DNA of 63,551 bases, filler included, from Pelomyxa schiedti (taxonomy: Eukaryota > Protista > Evosea): NCBI GenBank assembly GCA_020536535.1. It is 9 parts of 9 records of this genome, joined end to end, with 100 filler letters (N's around TTAATTAATTAA, not from the genome) between each part and the next. Parts side by side here need not be neighbours in the genome. Positions count along the whole stretch, not along the records: positions 1 to 19,861 come from JAHLWZ010001099.1; positions 19,962 to 23,574 come from JAHLWZ010001721.1; positions 23,675 to 32,284 come from JAHLWZ010001312.1; 6 more parts are not named here. One strand, given 5' to 3'. Below are positions 12,680 to 24,239 of this stretch, piece by piece. The notes below the pieces were generated by a model. It was not told the DNA's origin and searched no databases. It was given only the letters and a program-made list of their open reading frames with translations. Both the position numbers and the translations under genes were made by a program. Numbering within the stretch: the stretch's first letter is position 1; each line of letters begins with the position of its first letter.

Positions 12680-13410
12680 ATGTTGCGGTGGCAGAAAGCG
12701 CTCCTCGTAGCGGTAGTGGGGTGCGCGCTGGTCGTGGTGACGTACAAGATGGTGTCGTCGAATGGTCAGGACGACAAGCCTCCTACGGTCCAAATACAAA
12801 AGGTGGAGAAGGAGGCGGAAAAACAACCACCTGCTGAAGTAAAGAAGAAGTGGCCGTTCGCGCACGATGAAAGGTGTGCGGATGTCACCCCGCAGGAGCC
12901 ATTGACCACAATTAAGACCCTCGCTGACCTGCCCGCTCTTCTCTTTACCAGGAAAGTAGTCGGTACGCTTGTTGTTGTGTTTTGGGCTTGCGTGTGGGTT
13001 GGGGAAGGGGTGTGTGGGTTAACAAACAAGTAGGTGAAGCGGTTGAAGTTAAGGCACCAAATGGGGATTTTTCTGCCACTCTCTTCAAGCAGTGGCCCAA
13101 CTGTACCAAATTTTATGCTGTCTCTCCGTCATATCCAATAAGCTTCAATAGCGGTCCAGTTGTGGTGTTTGACAAATCATCAAAGGAGGTTCAAGCCTCA
13201 GCACAGCAATTGTGAACCATTCTAATTCATTTTTCAGGCTGCCGAACAAATTCCTGATAAATCCTTGGCACTTGTATACCTAAATAACTACGCAACGGTA
13301 CTTGAAGATTTGGCAATATGGTACCCAAAACTCAAACTAGGGGGAATTATGTCTGGTGGTTTCAAGGATTTGGTATTTCTCATTCCCACTCTTTACTCTC
13401 GACTTAGTAA
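12680..13410 (+). CDS. Type II membrane methyltransferase paralog with degenerate SAM-binding motifs (pseudo-enzyme or young pseudogene)
   Basis: TM, then PQEPL, W..CTKFYAV, IPDKSL and DLAIWYPKLKLGGIMSG, homologous to the other two MTases with shared intron positions. EIGVxxG is replaced by EVKAPNG, AVDPW by AVSPS, and IDARHDY by LNNY. Confidence 0.7.
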
Positions 13411-15044
13411 TGAGTGCAATCTCTTTGATGCACTTAAAAAATAACAGAAGAACGGCGATAACGCCGCGCTCTTTGAGGAGTCACTCAATACACCCGTCCT
13501 TCAATTTTCAAGAGCTGTCTGTAGGCAAGTGTCATTGACCTACCGCACAGGGAAATCGCCCTCATTTTACTTTGCAAAGTAAAACAAGTAAAACAGTTTT
13601 TGTTTTTTGAAACGGATATTCTCTCATAAACAGTTCCCTCTAGGCTAAACAAATTATTTGGGACTCCAAAAACCAACAATCTGGTCCTGGGGTGTGGCGA
13701 GGTGACTTCGCGTCGCTGTAGTTCTAATCACTGATGGATGTCTGTTGGGACCCTGAGGGAGATTCAGGCGACACCTAGATCTGATTCTAGCGCCTTATAA
13801 GCGGGAACACCATCGTAGTTATCCAAGCTAAGCTAAAGTAATAAACAATAAACTCTTGTGCAGTAAGGGAGAAAGAAGCCCAAACACAAGTAAAACAACA
13901 ACCATCAACACCCCAGCACACCTCACAGTGTGGTGGTCAATATCCAAAACCAATCGCCACAAGGGGAAAAAAAATACTTCTGAACCCTTATAGGTGTTGT
14001 GGGCGCACCCACTGTGACTCTAGACTGAGGACCCAGCCTGAAGTGTCAGAGAGCAAGTTCCGAGAAGCAGTGAGACTCATAACTGGTCCAGGTCAGGCAT
14101 TCACAGGAACGTTCGGGGCGTCTCAACAGCTGTTCAAAGTTATTATTAATTTCTCGAGGTTAGGTCCACAAGTGACCCCCCAAGGTCCCGACCAATCTAG
14201 TTGCTACTAATAATAATATAGAACAGCATTCCCAAAACACATAGAGAATGGCCATCTCGCGATTCACTGACAATTCACGGGTTGTGGTGGGTACTAGTAA
14301 CATGCCTTTTGTCAGAGAGCAAGTTCCAAGAATCATCGGGAAACTTAGTTCGGGACAGAGCTGGCCATCCACAGGAACGGCCGGAGCGTTCATTCTAATG
14401 GCCTTTCCTTGAATCCCCCGCCGTTGTACCACAGAAAGATTGTAAATAGGAATAATAACAAAAAAAGAATTCTTCCTGATAGACACTATCACACACACAA
14501 CTCAAATGGGAACGAGAGTCTTATCACTTTGCTCTTCGCTGTCTTCCTCCGTCGTAATCACCTCCTCGTCCTCGTCCTCATAATCATCCTCGTCTTCGTC
14601 CACACTGTCGCCCTCGCCCTCTTTCTTGCTCGGCACTTCCTCGTCGTCGTCACTCCTCCTTGGTGGCTGTGGTTGCGTGTGGTTGGTGTGGTGTGTCTAC
14701 CATTTGCTCGTCGTCGGTGGTGCCCCCCTCGTCCTCGTCTTCGTCGTTGCTGGGTGCTCGTCGGTTTTTTTTGTGCGTGGTGCTTCTTCGTCAGATATAG
14801 TTTTTCTATTTGCGCAGCAATTTCGTGATGTAAAGCCAAGTCAGGACTGATAGAACTGGTACTAGTTATTGAAAAAAAATCCTTTCTCCCTTCCAGGCAC
14901 AGGGACTTCTGGACCAAGCATTTTCTGGTCCACCCTGTGGGCCAGCTAAATCCAATCTGCAGATTTTTCCCTCCACCCACTACTGAGAACAACACTCTGA
15001 TTCATTTAGGCTAAGTGCTTGAGACTTTTGATCAATTGACCAGG

Positions 15045-16132
15045 ATGAAGTTCAACAAGGGGGTAGTTGCTGCTGCATCGGTGGTGGCGATTATCGTTGT
15101 GTGCATTTACTTGGCCAGTAATCGTACGCCCGACGCCCCCGTCGATGGAAAAACCCAACAGAACGCTGTGGCCACGAGTGCCCCAACACCAAAGAAAGAA
15201 GTGGCAACCATCCAGGAGGTGTCACTGGCGTACAGCCAGTACTGTGCAAATTTCGCACCACAGGAGCCGTTGCCGTGTGTGAATCAGAGGAACAACATCC
15301 CTCTGCTGTTGGACCGGCTGAATATAACAGGTTCGATGATCTGTGACCTCCTTTTTTTTTTCCCCGTTCGAAGTATTTCCTGCATTATCTCATTCCATTC
15401 CACAAAGGGGAAGGAGCAGAAATAGGAGTGCAAAGTGGAGCCTTCTCCAAGGTAATTCTTGAGGGATGGAAGAAGTGCACAAAGTTTTATGCAGTTGATC
15501 CCTGGATGTGGCAGGAAACATATGATGACAAAGCCAACGTGGCTCAGGTAATTGTGCATTTTTCACTCCCAGAATAAAAGTATTTTTTTTTTTCACACAG
15601 ACTGCCCAAGATGCACTTTACCAAAAGACAGTTGGCGATCTTAGACCATTCAAGCATGCAACTGTACTGAGGTTGACTTCAGAGCAGGTTCACCAAATGC
15701 CCCCAACTCAATGTAATAAACGCCTTAACATACCTGAATCAGGCAGCCAAATTGATACCAGATGATTCCCTTTCTTTTGTATACATTGATGCCAGACATG
15801 ATTACTCAAGTGTCCTTCAAGACTTGTCACTGTGGTATCCCAAACTCAAGAGGGGAGGAGTACTCGCTGGCCATGACTTCATTGACATTGTATGTCTATC
15901 TACTCTTTAACATTTTTTCTTGTTTTAGTGTTTATGGAATGTGTTGTTTTTATTCTGCACCTCAATGCCAAAAAAGGATGAGATGCCAGAATGGAGAGTG
16001 CAACCAGATGGCTCTGTTGAAACTCTGCGGGCAGTCAAATCTGCAGTACTGAATTTTACCACTCGTATTTGTAGGCAACTCTGTGTGTGCTGGGATGAAT
16101 ACAAGTGGTGCTCCTTTTATTTTGCCAAGTAG
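15045..16132 (+). CDS. Type II membrane class I SAM-dependent methyltransferase (Methyltransf_24-like), paralog 2
   Basis: TM VVAAASVVAIIVVCIYLA; GAEIGVQSG, FYAVDPW, FVYIDARHDY, WYPKLKRGGVLAGHDF; ends CSFYFAK*. Confidence 0.85.
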
Positions 16133-18537
16133 AACAAAAAGAACCAACAGTCAATTCCTCTTCCTTTTACCTAGCACAAAATTAGAGGTGGAGCATAGGA
16201 CGATGCAATTATTCAAAACTAATACGGGAGATCTTTCCAATTTCGTTTTTGTGTTAATCCAGTACAACCAACTCGAAAACCAGTTAAACAAACTCTAAAA
16301 GAGTCCTGAAAAAACTTAAACTTGTTTTCCGGGAGCTTTGGGCAAACATTCAGTAGTTTCAAAATCATCATTTTTATAGGAAAACGGGTCGATTTATGTG
16401 CTGCCATGGTGACCCGCTGTTCGTCAAGTTTTGGGAATGAAGTGAAGGGTGACCCAGAAGCACAGCAACGAATAATGACAAAACTTGCATGTTGTGGCTG
16501 TGAATCGAGTGCAAACAACAAAACTATACAGCACAAATTGTGGCAGAAAACGAGTCACCAAAGAAAGTGAAAAGCTACATGTTATAAAGGCACAAACTGT
16601 TGCATCTAACTCATTCAAGTAATTTGTCAGTCTTGCAAAACTGTCAGGAATCTTTTTCAGCACCATACAAGGAAATAATTGGTTATTCAGAACAGTTTGG
16701 TGGGCCTTACACAACAGTGACCGTTAATCTCCCAAACCGTGGGCAGTTCATGAATGTGTTTTATTCACATGTTTCTCAGTTGGTTCGAGAGTGGGTTGCT
16801 GCACAGGAACAGAATCCACAAATGCAAGCACTGCTTCCTCCTCCATCACAATTGTTGCCTCCTTCTTCCCTGGTGTCTTCTCCACAAATTGACACTCCAG
16901 TGGTAACACCAGAACCCCTGGCAAGCCCTTCAAGTCCCAGTGGTTGTCAACTTCAGTCAGTGCAGAATACACCCTCTATCGGCTCCCGTTTCATGTCTTC
17001 CACTTCCCATACAACAAGCTCCTCCCAGCTTGTGCCTCCCAGGTCACAAGCAGAGCAGAATGTGACTCCTCCCACGAGCTGTACAACATCACCTGCCACA
17101 TGAAAACCAAAACTTGTGATGTTTAAAAAAAAAAGACTTTTTTCCCCAAGTTGTTTTAGTGAAGCCAATCTAACCCAACACCATGCAATGAATGGCGTGA
17201 CATCCGTGTTTCCAAGCAGAATATTAGATCGTCAACATCCGCACATCGCCGCACTCCATACTTATCTGTTCTCGGCACCAAGTAAAACCTGTAAGTAATT
17301 CCAAGTGCAACTATGTGATTCGACTTGAAACCACATCCCAGAACTTCTCAATTAAATTAGGTCTGGGGACTGAGGGGGATTACATGCAATAAAGCTTCCA
17401 GCTGCAGCAATCTCTGGTGTTTGTTGTCTGTGCTGGGGCATATTCTAATACCACAACACTGTTAGCGCCTAAGCAAAAGTGAGTAGACACATGGAGGATG
17501 TTGAAGTTACCAGGATGTGGGGACAGATGACAAGGTAACGCATGGGTATAAAACTGGACTTTCTCTTCCTTTCTAGGCTGAAATCTGTTGTCTGGAGGGC
17601 AGAGCAAATTGTTTTTACAGATGAGAAAACATTTGATTCTGGTGATATTACCAAGAGGTTGGAGGAATGAATTATTATTATTTATTTGTTAATTAAAAAA
17701 CAGAATGGGAAATTATGGCTACTCTCCAATAAATGAGTGACTTCCCATAACAGCCCGGCTTGTGCATCTCCCTGTTCCAAAATATGGCCAGGTACTGCCA
17801 ATCATCTAGGTGGTATTGATACCGTTCCACAGCAACTGATAAACCTGGGGTTGCACTTTTAACCTTCTTGGACAACTTAAGCAAGAAAATTCCCTACGAG
17901 GCTGTTAGGGGGTAATAAATGCAAATATTCTACAAAATTACACAAGCAATACTTTGGAGATATCTCTAGGTGTTATAACCTCGTTAAGGTTGTCAGAGGC
18001 CAAGTACGATAACGCCTTTGGTCCCCCTAGAACTTTCCCACAGTAGTGCTGTAGAAAAGTGCACAGCCTAAAGTTCTTTGAACTGCAAGAGGGAAAAAAA
18101 GGCAGTGTTGGGGCAGTTAGAGTGACTTACTTGGGTTTAAAGTGCTGAACAATGTTACATTTCATGGTCAACACAACTCACACATTGGCACAGGCATTCC
18201 TTGAAACGTGTCGTGTGACGAAACAAAATAAAATAAAACACGAAGGCGATGCGCGGCTGTTGTTCGTCGGTGGGGCTCTGGTGCGTGCGGCACTGGGGAG
18301 GGACCTGTCATCGAAAATGAAGTGTGTTGTGACATTCGCAGCCCCCCGTGCAACTTAAGTTAAAGAAGCCAAAGTTTGCTAAAAAAAAGTCTATCCTGGT
18401 TTTGGGTGCTGGACTAACTAAGGACTCACAGGGACACTTTTAGGCCTGTCAATTCTTGTGCGGGTACCAAAAAACAGAGTTTCAGTCAAGATCTTTTTTT
18501 TTTTCTTGTCATGGGGCAAGGTTGTTATTCTGTGTAC

Positions 18538-19447
18538 TTAGAAGTAGGTGTAGTGGGGGTTATCACCCTCGTGAGTGATTCCAGTCACCAAGCCATGTGC
18601 GTTGATGTGAATCTTCCTCAGGGCGCCAGGAATCTTCTCCCAGTTGCCTCCATGGGGCTTCCTGAAGACCTGGGCAGCTCGGTTGCAGCAAACGGCCTCG
18701 TTGGTGCCAGCACTGACATAGATGCAATGGCCATCAATCTTGTGCCAGTCAGTTCCCATTGGGTTCTCAGCGCTGGTTCCTACGAGATATTAGACAGTGT
18801 ACGGGAAAAAGAAGCAAGACGTAATAATGGAGGAAATGAAACGATGAATAGAAAGAAAAGAGATACCCTGGCGGACGAAGATGTTATCGTCGTGATTGCA
18901 ACCCCAGACTTGGAAGTGAGGCCCGCATGAGACCATGTTGAGCTTTCCGGGGACAACAACCCAGTCTGTGGTCTTGGTCTTGAAGTAGATTTCGTGAGCA
19001 GCAGTGCATCCCCATACGGTCCCTGCCTCGCCCTGGGCAATGTGCTCGAAGTGGGGGGCGTTCTGCTTCTCCCAGGTGGTTCCCATAGGCTCAGTTTCGG
19101 TAATACCAGTTCGGATGAAGAACTGGTGGAGGTGGTTGATTCCACACACGTGAGGAATGGGTCCCTGGCTGACACTGACGTGGTTGAGCAGGCCTGGAAC
19201 TACGACCCAGTCGTGGGTGTAGGGCTTGCGGAAGAAGATCTGGTGGCCAGCATTGACTCCCCAGAGGTTGCCCTTGGAGTCAGACTCGATTTGCTGTTTG
19301 TTAAGGAAGTGAGAATATAGTAGTGGGTTGTCACAGTTTGGTAATAAAAAGTGGAGTCTGTTATGTTGTGTTACGTTCTTGTTTGTGTTACGTTACCACA
19401 AGTTGGCCTTCAATGTGTGTCCATTCGACGGTCGCGGTTGCTGCCAT
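18538..19447 (-). CDS. Tectonin-family beta-propeller lectin (3 exons)
   Basis: Repeated W-x-x-(I/V)-(P/D/E)-G-x-L-x-x-(V/I)-S-x and (L/V)WG(V/C)N...IF blades, e.g. WVVVPGLLNHVSVS, WVVVPGKLNMVSCG, VWGCNHDDNIFVR, WEKIPGALRKIHI; about six repeats, no signal peptide. Confidence 0.85.
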
Positions 19448-19861
19448 TTATTGTTCTTAAGTTAAATTATATTTCTTTTCTACTTTTGATTGTTTAAAAG
19501 GCCTTGAACGGACGTTTCCAGGAATGTTTCGAAACAGAAAGGCGTCGAAGCTTCGAAGGAAATTTGTTCCTTAAAAGGAAAGCACCGTCACAGAGGCGAA
19601 CATTCGGAAAAGTAACTAACCCATGTTCAAAAGAAGAAAAACATGAATCTGGACAGCACAAGTTGGAAAGGAAAGCATTAAGAATGGTCAGCCAAAAACG
19701 CAGTCCCTTCTGGGGAGCTAAAAGGGCCGTTGGCTGGGTGTGGGGGGCAACAAAAAGCTTGGACGGGGGAGGAGGGGTGCTGAGAAGTGAGGCGGCAAGG
19801 GGTGGCTGGTCCCCTGCTTGTCCCCTCACCCTCCCGCTTTTTTTTTTTTTTTTTTTTTGGC

Positions 19862-19961
19862 NNNNNNNNNNNNNNNNNNNNNNNNNNNNNNNNNNNNNNN
19901 NNNNNTTAATTAATTAANNNNNNNNNNNNNNNNNNNNNNNNNNNNNNNNNNNNNNNNNNNN
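19862..19961. other. Artificial contig linker N44-TTAATTAATTAA-N44 (also at 23575-23674, 32285-32384, 49097-49196, 52851-52950, 56589-56688, 59826-59925, 62171-62270)
   Basis: Identical 100-nt structure with a six-frame stop palindrome, eight occurrences. Confidence 0.98.
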
Positions 19962-20850
19962 GTGTCGGCATCAATGTCACTTGGTCCCTCAGTGTCACAC
20001 GGGGGTACATATCCTGTGCACCTGACCCCATCCTTTACCAGTGGTGTGCCCTTGTCACCCATGGCTCTGGCACTGATGCAGAATGTCACACCACTGCACT
20101 GCAGTGTGCATGTGAATGGTCCCTCCCTGGCACAGTAGGCACTCACCCTGGCAACCATGCTGCAGGATTCACACATCCTCACTGGTTCTGTGCCTGCAGA
20201 GTGTTTGTTTTTTTGCCATGAGAAAGGGGGAATGTTATAGACATGTAATTAGATTGTGTGTATTGTTGGTGTACCTGAGTTGTGTGACTGAGGATCAGAG
20301 CATGTGACAAGGAATTCACTTCCATCAGGCATGTGGGTGCTGGCAATATGGGTATTGGGCAGAGTAGCCAACAGATCAACATCTGGGAGTGCTGCAGAGT
20401 TTTCACATGATTCCGCAGCCATGCAGGGTTGACTGCCTGGTAATTGTTGTGTTCCATGTATACAAGTATCAAAGGAATATGTATGCCACTCTACAGAGCA
20501 AAGTCAATAGCTATGGCACTACAACACCACCAGCAAAGAGGCAAACCAAAAACCAAAACCAAAACCAAAAAACCCCAAACAGACCCACCCTTCAACAGGC
20601 CAAAGTCCACATTAACAGTGACCAACGAAGGAGGCACCAGAACCACACAGAACAACGGCAAGGATGAAGACTCCAACACAGTCTGATGTGGTACTGCCCC
20701 CCTCCTCCTCCTGCCGAGTAGCACCAATTTGGTCGTGCCGGCCTCGTCACCATTGCAACTGCAAGGACTTTCGGCTTCGTTTTCGTTTTGGTTGTTGTTG
20801 TCATTGGCGTCAGCGTCGTCTGGTAAGTCCCATGTGACTCTCTTCCTCAT
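19962..20850 (-). CDS. Hypothetical protein, 5' part (runs into contig end)
   Basis: ATG MRKRVTWDLPDD followed by coding-like segments to the contig edge; no family recognised. Confidence 0.35.
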
Positions 20851-21092
20851 CGTTATTAAATGAATTTCTTCTTTCTGGTAAATCACATGTTGTTGCTGCG
20901 TTGGGGTTTCGGTATTGTAATAGCGTGTGACACTGTAATGTAAAGAAGGAATTGTGAATGTGTTTTAGGTGTGCTTGGCATATAGAACCTTCTTCATGCC
21001 AGTATTCCACTTTGCAGCTGTGTTGTTGGTTAGAACCCCCAATTGTGGTATAATTATATGTATTAGGTTTAAATACAAACTGGCGGTATTTT

Positions 21093-23489
21093 TCATACTA
21101 GGCCTTTCTGGGATTCCGCAAGGTCCGACCATGGTTGCCGTAACAGCATATAGCATGTGAGTATAAACAAATGTAATAGAACCCAGAATCCACCCAAAAA
21201 TGTGCCAAAGGTGAGGTCCGTAAGCTGTGTGGGAATTAAACGCCATAATTGTGTGTTTTTTGTTAAAGTTACCCGCATCCACCAGAGTTCGTCGTGGTAA
21301 GTCCAGATAGTTGATAGCACATGCCCAAGAATGAGGCCAAATACAACGGACAAAGCCATGAAAATGTATACATCCATGTAGGTCAAGTACTATGAAAAGT
21401 TGGTTGCAACTTCAAGTTCGGAAGAGCTTACTTGAGTTTTGATTGCTGAACCAGTTGTAAACCTTTTATGAAATTTTAAACCGGCTGGAAAGGGGAAAGG
21501 GAATGACTACTTGAAGAAAACAATGGTAGATATTAGCCCAGTTGTCAACATTAATCTCTTGTAGGTAATATCTCCACTTTCATAGACATAGGCAGTAAAA
21601 CCCAAACTGTCACATGTTAATTACAAGAGGCAAAAAAAGGAATAGTCATTGCATACCCCACAATGAGAAACAGAGGGAGCAGTAAATTCCACAGGTAGTA
21701 CATTCCATTTCGCTGAGCCTCAAGAACCATTACAACTTCGTTCTTGTTAATTTCCAACCTCAACTTGTTGGCCATTTTCCATTCACTGCACTTGGCAGAG
21801 ACAGTTGATTGCCCGCCCCATAGTTCTTTCGCATCCGCCCCAAAACCTGCAACACTCACTTCGCCAATTTTATTGGGCTGTTGTTCTTCATCATCATCAC
21901 AGTCATTTTTGTCACCAAGTCGAATGTGAACATGCATTTGCTGCCTATCCAGTGGGAAGCGCTGAAGTTCAAACACCTCTCTCCAAGCCCCTTGCACATT
22001 GCATTTGTATTTTAATAATTTTGTTCCTGTCTCTAGCCGTTCATTGCTTACTGTTACACTTTCAGGGTTCACAATATTGGTGAATATGAACCTGCGAAAG
22101 ATGAAACATTGTAAGATGTTTAAGTAGACTGGACTTGCATTTAACTGTGCTTTACCTTGGGTACCAATGAGTTTTCGTGCTGTACTGCTCATTTTTGACC
22201 TCAGGGTCGATCCATTTTACATCTAAGTTGATCGTGGCTTGAAACTTAACGACGGGTTACTAAGTTTGATGGAAATTCGAAGTTACCTGACTGAGGGGTT
22301 CGGAGACAGAATCCAGTGTAAATGTGACTCGGTAAAGCGAGACTTTCGTTCCTCCCGCAGTAGTAGGAAGGGTGCGTGGAATGTATAAATTGAGGGCCTC
22401 TTGGTAGAGATTGAAGCCATCGCCAAGCGTTGGTGCCACTGTGATGCACTCTTCTAGTGACAGTGACTTGATCATGTGCAGGGTTTGCAGCTGGGACCGG
22501 TCATGTCAAAAGTGAGATTGCAAGGATAAGCCGACAGATGACAACCTTGTTTGACAGTAAATGCTCTATTGCCTTCCGAGAAAAGCATTTTTCTGTCAGC
22601 CATTGTCTTGTATCTCGTTCTTCCATGGCAACAACAACTCTAAGTAGCTCAGAGTACACTTCATTCTTCTGGAGAGCAGTGGCGCCAGGGCAGAAGGTCC
22701 TGTAAACCAGCTCCCATTAAGATAAAATTTGTAAAGATTATTATGTACACATTCTAGCAACTACGGCCTCTTGCCGGTAATTCATGATGTCAAGGAACCT
22801 GAATGTCTTTGGGGTGAAATATCAGGAAACTAGGACAAAAAAGAAATAGTTACCGTGTCTCTTGCCCAATCCTGGCTCAGTGCTTTGTTGTCAGCAATTG
22901 GCTTGTAGTCCGTAATATAAGAATCCAGAGATAAATTCTCCAATTCTGGGGGTAAAAATAAAAGGTCAAACACAAACCATACAAAAAAAAAAAAAAAAAA
23001 GCAACATAAAAAAAATAATAAAAATATCTTACCCCTTGCCAGTGAATCCCTTGGTGTTTTAGAGGTATTGGACTTTCCCCGTGGCCTTACGCTATCAACC
23101 TCACGGCCGCTCCTGTCCTTCGTTCTGCTATTATGGGTTGTACTAGAGGACGTTGTAGTAGTAGTGGCCGTTGTTGGACTCGAAACTTTGGCGGTCGCTA
23201 GTGCCATAATCGGCTTTTGTTGGTTTTCGTCGCCGTCATCATCGCCTTCGTTGGCGTGCCGTGTACTTTGATGTTTATGCGGGTGATGCCGAGACTTGCC
23301 GTGGTGGTGGCTGCTGCTTTTGTCGTCAGTCCCCCGAGGTTTAGTAGGAGGTGGCGATGTACGTGTTGTTGGGATTGTGGGATGTTGGTCGTTTGCATCC
23401 TCCTGGGCATGGTGACGCCGAGGCGTTGTGGTGGTTTTGGGAGTGGTAGATGAAGATCCCACAATTACATCCGCTACCTCGCTGGTCAT
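21093..23489 (-). CDS. Pentameric ligand-gated ion channel, Cys-less Pro-loop type, multi-exon
   Basis: EVFELQRFPLDRQQM (Pro-loop without the flanking Cys), RNGMYYLWNLLLPLFLIV (pre-M1/M1), KRLMLTTGLISTIVFFKF (M2), YLTYMDVYIFMALSVVFGLIL (M2-M3/M3) and a hydrophobic M4. Confidence 0.8.
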
Positions 23490-24239
23490 TTTCAACGGTC
23501 CAGGAGCTGGTGGTTATCGCGCTCGTTTCGTTTCGTGGTTATTGCGGTTTGTTGATTTCTAAGAAGCGGAAAAANNNNNNNNNNNNNNNNNNNNNNNNNN
23601 NNNNNNNNNNNNNNNNNNTTAATTAATTAANNNNNNNNNNNNNNNNNNNNNNNNNNNNNNNNNNNNNNNNNNNNAAGACCCCAAAACCTGCACAGCAGCA
23701 GCCCCAGCGCAACGGGACCCCCGGTATTCATACCTGAAAGGTGGCTGCCAATCTCCTTGTCAAGAAAAAGCTGCAACCATAAAATTTTTTTTTTTCGCTT
23801 CTCTTGGGGTGCCTTGTGCCTTGTTGTCCCTTGTCCCAAGCCCCACGTGCTGGCCTCACCTCTGCACACAGCTCTGGGTCCCGGCGCTGGACCCCACCAC
23901 TGCCTTGCCCCCCGCCTTTGACGTACTTGGGCACCTGTTTTCTCCAGAACCTCCTTCCAAAACCCTAAAAATCTTGCCTGGAAAACTGTGGTTTTTTAAG
24001 CCAAATAATGGAGCAGATCCATTGAGACATTGAGAGATTGCCATAAAATTGGTCTTACACCAAAACAATGCAATGTTCTTGAACACATTATGTGGGGGAT
24101 TAATCCCAGAAATCGTACTTCTCAACTTGTGTTTTAAAAGCAATGTGATTATGGTGTGGTGAATTATGGGACTTGGATTGAGCCATGGCTGCCAAACGGG
24201 TTTTGCAAGGAAAGTACACATAAATTTTTAAGCCTTGTA

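Noticed and set aside
16400-18170. Short ORFs between MTase 2 and the tectonin
   Set aside because: No recognisable motifs or consistent splice model; left uncalled.
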